Shown piece by piece: positions 38,376 through 51,600 of a stretch of 64,000 nt of DNA. Each line of letters opens with the position of its first letter. Position 1 is the first letter of the stretch. The notes beneath the pieces were generated by a model. The model was given only the letters and a program-made list of their open reading frames with translations, had not been told where the DNA came from and did no database searches. The translations under genes were made by a program, and so were the position numbers. The stretch comes from Lama guanicoe. Lineage: Eukaryota. The stretch is taken from the NCBI GenBank assembly GCA_013239625.1, contig MU053629.1:3251567-3315566 (forward strand). The letters are read 5' to 3'.

Positions 38376-41300
38376 CAGAGTTGAGGGTCAAAGACTGGTT
38401 TTCGTAGTCCTCAGCTTAGGGGGCATCCTGTGTACCCCCCTACATCTTCCAAGTCAGAAAACTGGTCAGAGGGGCCAAGCGACTTGCCTGTGGTCACACA
38501 GCTAATGCACTGCAGAGCTAGATGTGAAAGGAGCTGGCCACGTCCACCCAAAGTTTTTCCCACCCTCACCACACCAGGTTTTGGGGGATGAGCTGGGCTC
38601 ATTTATTCACTTGTCAGTGTTGAGCACCCACTCTGTTCTAGGGGCTGATCTGAAAGACAAGCAGATGGGAAACACTGACCCATCAGAACATGGGGTGATG
38701 GAGGGGTGCTGGGAAAGCAGTGCTGGGGCAGTTACAACCAGAAGAGCGCCCACCATCAGGGCAGGGGCCAGGCAGCTGGATGGATGGATTTGGGGGTAGC
38801 AGGGTAGGAGGAGGGAACGAAGCTGGTAGGTACATTAAAATGCCTTGAGCAAAGTCAGTGGCTTCAGCTCATTGCCTTCCTCATCTCCATCACCACAGCC
38901 TCGACTGCAGCTCCAGGCAACCAAGTCCGTTTTAACCAGACATCCCACCACCAGTGTCAGGAGGGAGTGGGGAGACTCAGTAACTCCATTCATTCAGCGT
39001 TCTGCATCTCTCTGTGGATGGATGCATCTGGAAACCGGCACTAGGCCCTTGCTACAAAGTCTCACTGAGTCCGCCTGGCGTTGTACCATTCAGACTCCAT
39101 TCCTCAGGGTCTGCAGGAATCCCCTATTAAGTTGCACATCAGCCCATGTTTGTGTAGGGGTGTGTGTGGGGGTGGGGTTGGTCACATCATGGGGCATTAT
39201 CAGCCATTAATACCCAGGTTATCTGTTAATATCCAAGTGGCAATTAGCAGACCAGGGAGTCAGATTAGGAAGGGTGTGTGTGTGCGTGTGTGTGTTAACG
39301 TGGAGAGAGGAGACGGGAAGGTGTTTTCCTTTGCAGAGCAAGGAACCAGCGTTGGGTGTGGTTAGGTGATTTGCCCAAGACCTAACAGCCGGTGTGATCT
39401 CTGGCCTTTTCTCAAATGGGGACATCTGACAACAGAGCCTTGAACCACAGAGGATCGGAGGCGGAGGCAGGGCGGAGCTGAGCTCTGGAGCTCATTTGTG
39501 CCTGTGCTGTCCTTGTACAGAGGATGCTGAGGCCAGAGGGGAAGGGCGATGGCCAGGTCATCGGTGAGAGGCGGGGGTGGGGGTGAGACCCCGGGCCCTG
39601 CGAGGCCCCTGGGCCAGCTGAGCAGAGGCTGCTGCTGACTCTTACACTGTCGCCCCCTTCCCTGGAGCCCAGGTCAGGATTCATGCACCACCCCGCTGCA
39701 TCCTCAAATCCTCTGCCCTGGGCTGCAGCCACCTCTGATGAATGCACCTGGCCGGCCCCCGCACTTTGGCCTCTGACACTTCAGCAGAGGGGTCAGTGAG
39801 GCCCAGGGTGAGACGTAAACTGGGGGCAGCCCCAAACGGCCCCAGGGACCGGCCTGAGCTAGTCTGTCCTCAGCTCAGCTCAAAACCTAACACCCCCACC
39901 CCACATCAGAGGCTTTTAAATGAGGGCCTGGCTCTGGCTGCCCAGCTCCCTCTGATCTGCCTGCATCACTGCCTTTGAAGCTTCCCAGCCCCAAAGACCA
40001 TTTGTCTCCACAATTTGCCTAGAAAGCCTCATAAATCATATCTGTGCACAAAGGAACGAACTCTTTGGAAGAGCCTTTCAAAGGCGGCCAAGACACCACA
40101 GCCCCGCCAGGGGGCCCGCTGCCTCGGCCTGCGCCCTCCCCAGTCCTGCGCCCTCCCCAGTGGGGCCCAGCCCTCATCTCCCTTTCAAAGCTCCTGAGCA
40201 AACCCCGGGCTGAAGGGAGGGAGGGGGCGACTGGGGATCAAAGGGAATTTGGTGAAGCTACGCCAGGAGCGGGAGTGGGACCCCCAAGACGTGCCAAGGC
40301 TCTGAGGGAAATGAACTCATAGGCGGAGCAGGGAAGGACACAGGAAGGTCATGGATTCCTAGCCTGTTTCCCACGAGGTCTGAACTCTTTCTGTTCAACT
40401 CATAGCCTTGTCCACCATCTTCCCATCATTCCGCCTCGCTCTGACTTGCTTTAAACAGTGAGGCCCGGTCTGGTGGAGGAGCCTCTCTCTGGCTCTGTCG
40501 TGGGCCTTGGGCAGGGAAGGTACCACCCTCCCAGGCCTCAGCATCTCCCTTGGCAGAGAGACAGGATAAGCCCAGATGATTGCGTGTCCAGCTGCCACCC
40601 ATGGAGTCCAAAGGGTCCTATGCCTGGGGTGGAGGCTGGGGCCATGACAGGGGCTCTGGACTCCCCATTTCCACAGCTTCAGAGCTGCTGAGTTTTCTGC
40701 TGGATTCTCACACGAGGACAAAAGATTAAGCAGCTAAATCAGGGGAGGGCGAAAACCCAATTGTTAAGATGCTTTCTGCCTTTAAATGTCTATGTTTAAT
40801 TCTTCTCCTAGCCAGGAAGTTCTTCCATACGTCTGACTGAGGAATCTCACGCTGCAGTTTAAAGTAACTTCTACTCCTTCCTCTGCTCACTCAGTGAGCA
40901 GCCACTTCAGGGCCAGCACTGCAATGGGTACTCACGGGGAAGCAGCCCAGGTGGTGCTCAGGGTCTCTGACTTTGGGAAGCTTCCTGTCTGGCACTGCAG
41001 CCAGCCTCCCACTGGGAAGACACAGAGACTGGAAACAGAAGCAGTGAAACTGGAGGTCAGGTAGAGGCCAGCTTCCCTCCTGAGCCCTCAGAGCACATCT
41101 GAACTAAAGCCGGGCTCACCTGTGGCCCTGTTCACGATGGAGCAGGGTCTTTCTCATCAAGTGGGGTTTGGGGAAGGGGGGTTGGGTAGAGGGGCTCCCG
41201 CTGCTCATCAGGGATTCACAGGCACAGGGAGAGCTAAAGCAGGTGGGGGTGATCTGCATCAGGGAAGGCTGCGGGCCAGGGCAGGAGGGACCTGGAGCCC

Positions 41301-41954
41301 TCCACCCCAGCCACGAATCCTGGGAGCCGATGTCACACGCCGCAGGCCTGGCGGAAGGCTGTTCTCGCAGCAGACACAGTGGCTCCTCTGGTTGTCCTGC
41401 AGGGCTTACGCCACGATTGTCCCAATGAAACAGATTCACATCTGAGCCATTTTTCCTTTTGGCAAAGGCAGTACCTGGGGCCGGCTTGTACACCTGGTGC
41501 TTTGGATCAGCTTGGCTGACACTTACTGAAACTCGATTAGATGTAAGGTCCAGACTAGGTGGGGCTTAAAATGGGTGGGAGGGCCCGGTTGGTCCTCAGG
41601 GGCCAGGGAGAGATCCAGGTCAGACACAGTAGCTGGGGGTCACATGAGACAGACCGGGAGAGGCACTTGCTGGAGGGGAAAGTGCGCTGGGAAGTTGGGG
41701 GTATGGTGGGGAAGGGGTTAATCTGCCCAGGGGGGCCTTGGGGAAGAAATGGAATTTGATTTAGGATCTAGAAGGAGGGATAGGATTTCAACTGGTGGGA
41801 AAGCAAGGGGAAGACAGTCTTAGTGAAGGACAGCAAAGGCAAGGAGGGAGAATTCAGGATGCAGAGCAGCCTGGAGGGAGGGGTACACATGGCCTGGCGG
41901 CAGAGGATCTGGCGAGCGGGCTGAGGGGTTTGCTACATTGAAGGAAGGTTAGAC

Positions 41955-42230
41955 CACTGCTTCTCAGACTATCCATTATCTGATTTGTCTCTTTTCAAAT
42001 CCATCACAGACAGACACACAGTCCTCACTAAGCATGACTCGTATGCAGGTCACACCACGTGGCTCTCACACTACGGCCCGCTCGGCAGAGGAGTCCGCCA
42101 GCTCAGCTGTCACAGCAATGTCAAAACTGCTCTAAGTTTCTAAACATTTACTATTAATTTTCTTATCTCATCACTTGCCAGGGACAACCCCTGGACTTTG
42201 GGTCTGTGGACCACCCAGAATGGTACTGGG
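41955..42230. mobile_element. hAT-Charlie-like DNA transposon relic
   Basis: cactgcttctcagact start; gcaatgtcaaa.ctgct.taagtttctaaac; ggtctgtggaccac..tggtactg end. Confidence 0.45.
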
Positions 42231-42418
42231 CTAGAACACAGCTCAGAGGAAGGAAGAGAGCAAATCAAGACAGGTTTACTGGAGATCTGGCTGGGCAAGG
42301 TTTCTGTCCAGCCTATCTCCTTTGGTAAGTCCTGTGGACTCCCAGAGGCTGCTTAAAGGGCTAGGAACTTGGGAATGATGAATAGAACCAAGGATAATGT
42401 TAAAAATATCTATTAACT

Positions 42419-42552
42419 GGGGACGGGGGTTAGGGTGTAGCTCAAGTGGTAGACTGCATGTTTAGCATACTCAAGGTCCTGGGTTCAATCCCCAGTACCT
42501 CCTCTAAAAAATAAATAAGTAAACCTTATTACCCGTCCCCCCCACCAAAAAA
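42419..42552 (+). mobile_element. tRNA-derived SINE, Vic-1-like (camelid)
   Basis: A box (tagctcaagtggtag), B box (ggttcaatccc), tail aaataaataagtaaaccttattacc..cccc; flanked by duplicated ctattaact (42410-42418 and 42554-42562). Confidence 0.8.
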
Positions 42553-42562
42553 CCTATTAACT

Positions 42563-42672
42563 TATCATGGAAAAGAATCCGAAAAAAAGTACATATGTAT
42601 AACTGAATCACTTTGCTGTACACGTGAAACACTGTAAGTCAACTAGACTTCAATTAAAAAATGAAAAAAAAT
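42563..42672 (+). mobile_element. Short L1 3'-end fragment (cetartiodactyl type)
   Basis: atggaaaagaat..gaaaaaa..atgtataactgaatcactttgctgtacac..gtaagtcaact..acttcaattaaaaaa resembles artiodactyl L1 termini. Confidence 0.75.
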
Positions 42673-43899
42673 TAAAAGGCAGAGTAGGGCACTCTCTGAT
42701 CGGAAATGCTATGGGTGGTGTGGGTGCCTGCTGGTATACCCAGGACAGGCGCCCTGTTACAGACGAAGCCTTGTGGGCTCTTCACAAGCGTATCTCGTTT
42801 AACCCTCCTGACACCGCCGTCATCTCCATTGTCAGGCGAGGAAACTGAGACACAGAGAGGTCACATCCTGCCCAAGGAGAGCCTCTACCCTCCATCCTCT
42901 CCCGACCTCTGGCCCCCTCTGGGAGTTATAGACACCATAATTATAGTCTAGGCCCCTCTGCTGACTTTCTGTGTGGCCTTAGGCAAATCACATCCCTTCT
43001 CTGGCCCTCAGTCTCCCCACTGTAAAATAGAGAGGGTAGCGCTGGTTGAGCCCTAAGATTCCTTCCATCTCAGACATGCTGAGGTCTCTGAATCCTGGAG
43101 GAACTATCAGAGACAAACACTCAGGGATGTGGAGAACAGCAAACCCGAAGGAGGAAGCAAAGTGTTGAATCTTGGAGCACACATGTGTGCTCTGAATTTC
43201 TGCTGACAGGCACCCACTGAATTATAGGCATAAATAGCATTTTCACAACACAGACAAAAAATGCAGGTTTGCCTCACTTTATACAACCCATTCTTCCAGG
43301 TCCTTGCACAACTGACTTGCTATTTGGAATAACTCTGCTTATCTGTAAACCTTCGACCTTCCAAAGCACTGCTATGCTTACAGGTCATCAAAGCAAAGGG
43401 AGGCATTCCTATTGCTCAGATGGGTAGGCTGAGGGCCAGAGAAATGGAGCAGCTTACCCAAGGGCCCTGGTCTGGTTAGGAGAGCCAAGATTGCACATCT
43501 TCAGGCTCCACATCCACCGTTCTCCATTGTACCACTTCCCCAGGCGGGTCACTTAACACAGGGCCCACCCATCAGCAGGAAGTCATGTCTGTTTGGTATG
43601 TGAGGTCTCCGGCTCACTCTGCCTTGCTATTTGTGTCACGGTCCACTTGTCCCTGCACAGGGAGGGGCTTCGAGAGCAGCTCCCAGCTGGGCCTGCCAGT
43701 TGGAGGACACTCTATCCATCACTGCTGGGTGAGGACCTCTGGTTTCCCTGGAGAGAGGAGGCCTGAGGGTGGAGTGACAAATAGCCTTCCTGTCTATTGA
43801 GAGTTATTATCAAGGGACAGGACGGGCTGCTCCTGGGATCCGCTGAGGATGAAGCAAAGGAAAGACACTTCTATGGCAGCGGTAGGAGGTCTGGACAGT

Positions 43900-44720
43900 T
43901 GGTCATTTGTTCCTTCACTCCATAAGACTTTACTGAGTGCCTACTATGTGCCGGGCACTGGGGATCAAGTGAGGAACAAAGCACCCAGGGTACTGTCCTG
44001 GAGTGAACTGTCCAGGAGCAATAAACGCCCCTATTCTGGCCTTTGTTCCAACAGCACCTCCTCAGAGCTTTCTTGAGCTGCCCTTTCCAAGGTCTCTCCC
44101 CCATGCCCCCAGCTTTTAATTTTCTTCTTTTGAGAACTCATTCTATCTGATATTACACAATCACCATGTCATATACTTATTCTCATCTTTCTGTTTGTTT
44201 TTTGGGACTCCCACAGAACATCAGCTCCGTGAGGAGCTGTTTCATTCTCTGCTGTAGCCCCAGCACTGGAGCAGTGTCTGGCACATAGCAGATGCTCACT
44301 AAATATTTGCTGACTAAGTGAGCGAATTAACAAGGAGATATATAATCATAAATTACAATAAGGGTATGAAGGTGCAAATAAGAGCTTGAAGGTAAACAAA
44401 GACAGGGGCTTCCTCTCAACGGGGAGGTCAAGGAAGGCCCCTCTGAGGAGGTGACATCTCTGCTAAGAGCAGAGGATGAGAAGGAGGCAGTCGTGGCCAG
44501 AGCAGGAGGTAGGAGACTTCCAGGCAGAAGCAAGAGTGGAGCAAACATCCTGAGGCGGGAAAACGTTGGCAGAGTCAAGGCGCTGAAGGGAGCAGCACAG
44601 CGGGGATGCTGTGAAAGCAACAGGTGAGGGAAGGGCCCCAGGTGAGGCAGCCGGGGCCAGATGTGGCCACGGCAGGGAGCTGGGACTTCCTTTTAAGAGC
44701 AATGAGAAGCTCTTGAAAGA
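43900..44720. mobile_element. L2 cluster (minus-strand L2 flanking a plus-strand L2 tail at about 44040-44325)
   Basis: ttactgagtgcctactatgtgccgggcactgggg; gtgtctggcacatagcagatgctcactaaatatttgctga; aggtcaaggaaggcccctctgaggaggtgacat. Confidence 0.7.
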
Positions 44721-45814
44721 TTCTATCGTGACTCCCCGAAAGGAATAAAGCAGGACTTCCCTGTGCGCAGGACTTACCACCCTGGGCCAGGACCCTTTCT
44801 TTGGTCCGTCACCATCCTGGGTCAGCCAGGACCTCCTGGTATAAAAGAGGGAGGCGGGAGGATGTGAGCAAGAGCACCCTTCCACCTGGTACCATTGAGG
44901 TGCTCCCCCATCACCCCACCAGCCAGGAGACATTGGGGAGGGGCGGGGTGGGGGATGAATGGGGAGGAGAATCAGTTGGGGTAGCTCAGGGCGTCCGCAT
45001 CCAGGTGATTCAGAAAATGTGCTGACAGTTGTACACAAGCTGCGATCTCACCAATTACGTGCCCCTCCAGGAGAGGCGAGGTCTTGCTAAATATAGTCCC
45101 TTACTGTTTTATTTATGTTCCTGGATACCAAGCAGAAACTCCTGAAGCCTGTCTCACCCAGCACTAAAGTGGGTGCTGCATTTGCCAGAGGTTGGAGGTG
45201 AGGGCCTGGTCACGGTGGTGGTGGGTCTTCCCGTGCAGCTGAGAACCACGAAGAGGCGACTCAGGAGTGCGGGGCAGGCCAGGGCCCCTCCGGGAGCTGA
45301 CTGCCCAGCCAGATACTGGGTGAGGAACACGACCAGCTCGTGAGCAAATGTGACGGGGTTAACGACCCTTAGGATTTTGGTGACCAGGGTGACCACTGCA
45401 GCAGGCAGTGGCAGGTGGCTTCATGAAGCAGGATACCTACAAGATAACCTTCTAAGGACATCCCTTGAGCTCATACGAGCCTGGGACTTTCGAAGGACTC
45501 GAATGAGCTTAACTTAGCAAAAGTGGCCGGGGCCTCAGCACCTCTCATTCTGTTGAGGGAGTGGTGCTCCACCTCCTCCAGAGCGCCCATCCTTGTTCTC
45601 CAGGTAGGAGTCACTCCTTAAGGCCCTGCAGACCCCACCCAGGAGGCTTCTCCATCTCCCAAAACCCGCCTTATCCATTAAGGCTCAGATTAAATGCTCC
45701 CCCTTAGAGAAACTCCCTGCTCCCCGCATCAATCCACATTCACTGTGTCTACTGCTTATTTGCCTTATTTAAGGTGGGTGCTTACCTATCAGGCCCCTGA
45801 GCTTTGCAATCGCG

Positions 45815-46005
45815 CAGACCTGGGTTCAAATCCCACCTCTGCCTCTTACCACCTGCATGACCTCGGGCAAGCTCCGATGTCCGTTGGGACTTAGCTTCCT
45901 CATCTCATCTACAAAATGGGTCTAACACGCCTTAGAGGGTTGTGGTCGGGAGATGGTGTAAAAGTACTTTATTCACTGGCTTGCAAGTAGCAGGTGCTCA
46001 GTGCT
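45815..46005 (+). mobile_element. MIR
   Basis: cagacctgggttcaaatcccacctctgcctcttac..tgacctcgggcaag..ctcatctacaaaatggg. Confidence 0.8.
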
Positions 46006-48469
46006 ATTCCACAACACGCTCCCCAGAAAATGTGGAGATAAATAAATGAAGAAACAAAGTCATCCATCAAGGTATCCTGTTATGTGCAAGGGTAAACTCA
46101 TTAGGTGGCTGAGTTATTAGCTGATTTAATAGTAATGGGTCATTATCATCACCACCTGGCTCGTCATCACCTCCACTTTCGGGGAGGGACTTGGCTTGGG
46201 CTTCCATGGAAGCCAACCCTGATGTGATTATGTGGGGAGGGGAGGGGAGGGGAGGGAGATACAGCACAGCTGGAGTTAATCCGCCTGGACCTCTGGGACA
46301 CAAGGAAGAGCCCTCTGGCTGCAGCGGCGTACAGTTATCGCAGTCAAGGGCAAGGGAGCCAGGGCATTTTTCCATCAATCCCTTGGTCCGGTCCTGCCCC
46401 TGGTGGAGGGTGGCGGGGGAGGGCGTCCGCTCTCCTGCAAGTCCCGCCGGCTGTGTGTACTGTGTTCCTGGTAGAGCCGCAGCTGTTTGTCACAGCGGCC
46501 TTCGGGGTGTCGCCATGAGCACTGCCAGCTTGGGGAAGCAAGGGCGTCTGAGGCAGGCACCAAGTCCGTTCCCTTCCCCACTGTATACACAACGCCTAGC
46601 ATGCTGTCTGGTATGTGTTAGGCACCCAGTGTTGATGTATGATGACTCAATGAGCAATTCATCAACAAACCTACATAAGAAATGGTTAGAGGAGCTGAGG
46701 ACAAAAAGATGGCGTGGCTCCTGCCCTTTGTCCTCACGACCTGGGGGTGGGGGCGGCATGATGACACATGAAACAGACAAAGGACAAGTCTCACTAAAAG
46801 TCCAGGAGCTAATGCCCAGGGAGAGGTGGGGGCACACTGTGACCCCCCAGGCTGGGGAGTCTTCATGGAAGAGATGGGACTCGCTAGGCCTAAAGGAAGA
46901 GTGGACTTTGGGGTAAGGGAGAGCGGTGGAGGAGGCTGAGAACAGGGTGAGCGAAGGCCTGGAGGCAGAATGTCATCACCGGTTGCAGGGATACTGTGAG
47001 TAGGAGAGTGTTGGGAGCATCTCCAGTTTCTCTCATCAGGGCTAGAGTTGGGGGTGGGGAGATTTGGCCTCAGAGAACTCACAAGAACAGGGACCTGGGG
47101 GTGTGTCTAGGAAGAATCAGGGTGGGGAGCAGCCTCCAGGCAATGTGTGTCTGTGACTCCAAAGCTGCTGGGAGGGCTGGAGTCCCCATGCCTATCCACG
47201 TGCCCCATCTCCGCACCATTAAAGTTCCTCTGTGTCAGCTCTGTGCAGTGCGCAACCTAAGCATCTGTACCTGGCAGCCCTGCCTGGCTGGAATAAGGGA
47301 GGAGAGGGGGATAAATAGTGCTTAGAAACTGAGGGAGAGGGGCGCTTCCCCAGGCTGGAATGCTTGAAACTCCACACCAGCACTCCAGATCCCAGGAGAG
47401 GATGCTGTCATTACCAAGACTCAGATTCTCTGGAAGCTGAAGGACTACAAAGGTGGTCCTCATTCTGCAGTGCCTCCCACCCGTGGGAGGATGGGAGACT
47501 TAGCAGCTGTTTCCCCTGTGATGTCCCTCCATCTCTCTTTACCTGTCTCTGTTTTCATCTTTGCTGCCTCTCTCCTCACTCTCCCTGTCCCTACTTTCCT
47601 CGGCCCTACTCATCCTTCTCTCATCTCCCTCCCCCAGTGGCTGGGACCCAAAGGGGCGGGAGTGGGAGGACTAGGTGAGGCTGAGGCCCAGGACATGCTG
47701 GGAGATGTGTGGGAGGGCGTTCGGTGGGGAGGCCCTCTGAACTGGATGTTTGAAACCAAAGCAGGTCCCAGTGGGCCTCCCCAGTTTGTGGGGTTTTCTT
47801 TTCTTTTCCTTTTAAAGCATTTCACTTTGAAAGGAAGCCAGGCCCAAGTGAAGGGAGTGGGATAAACTCAGGCACATGATCAAAATGCCTTTGAACCTGG
47901 GCTGAGGGCGCTGTGGTCCTCTCCTGTTCTAGGTCAGGGGCTGCAGGAGGCTGGGAAAGCCTTGATGCCTAACTGGCAGCTAATTGAATACGGGGAGCGG
48001 GGAGTGGAGTCGGGGCGGAAAGCAAGTTGTTCAGGGCTGGGTGAGTGCCGCTCTTTTCAACTCAGTGTAAAAGCAGGTGTATTACGGGTTTTCTTGAAGG
48101 CATCTAGGCGGTGGATAGACAGGCTTCTGTTGCTTAATGAGCTCATGGTTCACGCTGTCTCCAGCTGGGGAGCTGGTGGAGGATTTTAAGGCAAAGTTAA
48201 CACTGTAGTTAGTGCTAGCTGGCTACCTGTCATCACTCAGGATCGGGAGAGGCAATGATCTAATTAAAATGAGCAAACAGAAGACAAGCTTCTCAGCAGA
48301 GCTCTCCAGGTGGGGGAGGGGGAGGTCCGGTCACTCACAAAGCCCAGAAGAGCCCCAGACAGGTTTTTTTTTTCCCTCAAGGTTTGATGTGGACCAAGGA
48401 GAACTTGGAAGGGCTACTGTGGTCACCGGATGTGAAACTGAGTTTGGGGCTGGGCATTAAGGCACAAGA

Positions 48470-48650
48470 ATTCAAAGCATGGCTGTGGAGGTTAACAGAC
48501 CTGAGTTCAAATTCTGATGCTGACCTTGGGCAAGTAACTAAATCTGTGCCTCAGTTTCCCTAGTCTGTAAAATGAAAATAATAATAGCACCTACCTGGTA
48601 GGGGAGTTGTAGTAATTAAATGCAATTACACAGGGCTCAGCACAGTGTCA
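48470..48650 (+). mobile_element. MIR
   Basis: cagacctgagttcaaattct..tgaccttgggcaagtaact..tgtgcctcagtttcc..tctgtaaaatg..ataatagcacctacct. Confidence 0.85.
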
Positions 48651-51600
48651 AGAACATGATATATGGAGAATGGATTGTAGCAGTTATGATTATGAGGGAC
48701 CAGGGTTGAATAGGCTATTTGCAGGCTTCAGAGTTAAGAGTCCCATAGATGACTCACAGAGAGTGAAGAGGAGGATGGAATTACAAAGTATTAGAACAGA
48801 AGACACCTTAGCGATTAGCTAGTCCAACTGCCCCCTTTTGCAGGTGAAGAATTGAAGGTCTAGAAGAGGAAAGTGATTAGTTTAGGACCTCATGATGAAC
48901 GAGGGGCAGTGCTGAGCCTAGAACAGGTCTCCAGAGGCCAAGGACGCTTCGACCGCAGCATTGGAGCCGAATCACAGATGCAAGCAAGAAATAAAGAGTG
49001 CAAAACTCTCCCCTTTGCTTGCCTTTTCCCTGCCATGTAAGAGTGAGTTATGGTGGTTTCCTTTATTTGCCATGTTCTTCTCATGTCATGATAGAAGACA
49101 AATTTTCTATCGCTGGGAGTGGCTGAATGGAGGGTGGGGGGAGAAGCCATCAGGGCCTGAGAGTTGCCCATTATCTGCCAAATAACCCAAGAGCACCAGG
49201 AGAAAGAGCAGCCACGGGTGCCTGTCGGTTGTTGTGACAAGTGTCCGGACCCTTGCCCCACTTCTGGCCTCTTTCCCCACACGACTTACGCTTCATTCCA
49301 GAGTGACTTTTCCAAACGGTCCATCTGATGAGGTTACTGCCTTTCCAAGGCCCCAACGTGACGCGAGTCTCAAGTCCAGATGTATGGGGGCCTGGCATTC
49401 AAAGCCCTCCCTACGCAGGCCCAGCCTTCCCCCTGCCCAACCCCTCCAGCCACCCTTCACACCTGGGCTCCCAGCAGACCCTGCCTTCGTGTACCTTGCA
49501 TTTTGCTGAAGCTTTCCCGCCCCATCACCCAGAGTCCTGCTCCATTTAATCCCATTCTCAACCCCCATAAGGCAAGTCAATTTGAGTTCCCTTATTATTC
49601 AGTTATCTTTACCATGACTCAGATTTCTCATACGGAAAACAGGGGTAAGTCAAGGAATTCTATGATTTTCCTGATACTTCCACATGCAACAGAGACGGTG
49701 ACTTGATACCTTTGAGGGGAGGTGGGGAGCTACAAAAAGGCAGCCAGTCAACCCGAAGACCTGTAAAATGGACATATTAACCCATGTCTCACCCCACATC
49801 AAAGACTGGGATGAAATTAAAGAGAAAATAATGACCACAAAAAGGTTTAGGTCCACCACTGAGATCTGAAGTCAAATCCTCTCTCCAGGCCTTGCTTTGC
49901 TCATCTGCTAAATGCATGGGTTGGAAAAGGAGGTCTCCAGGGACCCTTTGGGCTCTGACATAACTTTCTGAATTGAAGGGTCTTAACAACCATACAGATA
50001 ACCCCTGGGGAGAGAGGAGGAGAATTTGATCACCGAAAGGCACAAAGAGGGCTTCAAATATTTTCTTTCTCTAAAAAGGATCTGAGACAAATAAGTGAAT
50101 CTTTATATTTTTTCAGTATGAGTGATGGGTGTTTTTCGTATTATTTTCTCTATTTCTATATGTCACAAATCTTTAATAGTTTTGAAAAAATTTGGTGATC
50201 CTCTTCTCAGTGGTAACTATTTCCCTGACTTTCTCCATTGCAACAGGAATCTGCAAGTGCAAACCATTTATCAGTGTAAGAGACTGGAAGTGGCAAGATT
50301 CCTCCACTGCAGGAGGTAGTCAAGCAGAGGTCAGATGGGCTCTAAATCTTGTGGAAATGGTTTGTACAGAGGGTGAAGGTTGGACCCTTCTAATTCGCAG
50401 GTCTTGCAAAGCCAGGGCCGTGGGGCTACGGGCACTGTCCTTGGTGCTGAATCCCACACCAAGGAACTTCTGAACACAGACCATGGAAAGCAGAGTAATT
50501 CCTTGCATTCTTGTCACTTTAAGATAAATTATCACTGCAATTTCTAGGACATTCTGGTGACCAAAACGACAAGAAGAAGCCCTTCTTAGAGGGACTTCTT
50601 GCATTTGCTATCCTGAAATTACTCCCCCATCCACTACCTTCTGCTAGTACTTGATTGTTCTTTCCCAACCTTAATGCTGAAAAGCACAGAACCGGGAACA
50701 AAAAAGCTTGGGATTGAATTCTCGCTCAGCCACTGACAGACAGCGTGACCCACAGAAAATCCCTTCACTACGGTAAGCTTCTGATTCTTCAAGTGTCACG
50801 TGGAGATAATTGCATCAGGTGACAGAATGCTTGAAAACACACTTTGCAAAACCACTTAAGTGCAATATAATTATTAACTGGTAATACTATTATGATTTCT
50901 GCTCCAGTAAGTATGAAGTGGAACTATCTCTCAGGGTGGGAAGCAAAGAAGGCAGTTAGTGTGGCGGGCAGGGGGTAGGGGGTGGGGGGAAGTGAGTGGA
51001 ACTCAGAGAACTCTTGAGAATGTTTTGAGAAAAGCTGCCCAGTTGGCTTCCCTGTGCGCAAATGAAAACCTTTCAGATGGTGCCTGGTGACATTTGCAAG
51101 CATCATAGAATTTCGGAGTGGAGGTGGGTAGGAAAGCTTTTCTAAGTGGAAAAAATGGTGTGCTGTCATTTGGTACTCACTGAGCTGAGGGACAGTCTCA
51201 CTGGCTAGAGAAATGGGTCCTCCTGGGACATTATAATGAGTTTGAGGGTAGAGTGTCGGGCCCACATTCTATTCCTGGCTCTGCCACTAACCTGTCTGCA
51301 TGGTGGAAAACAGCTGGGCTCAAGTCCAACTTACCCACTGACTAGCTGTGTGATCTTGAGAAAGTCAATTCACTTCTCCAATCCTCAGTTTTCTCTGGTG
51401 GAAAAGGGATATACTAAAATCTATCCACCAGGATGATTATAAAGGTAAAATGAATTCTTGGAATGACAAAGGGCTTGCTAACCTGTAGCACTGTATGAAG
51501 GACAGTATTTAACCTTTCTGTGCCTCAGTCTTCAGCATCTGTAAAATGGAGGCAACAAGCCTTGACCTTATAAGTGGGATAAGGATGAGGAGAGGAATCA

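Noticed and set aside
42425..42500. Possible tRNA gene
   Set aside because: Has a SINE tail and target duplication, and no clean cloverleaf; it is a tRNA-derived SINE.
46191..46916. 241-aa plus-strand ORF
   Set aside because: No recognisable domain; crosses an L2-like tail; typical chance ORF in GC-rich intron.
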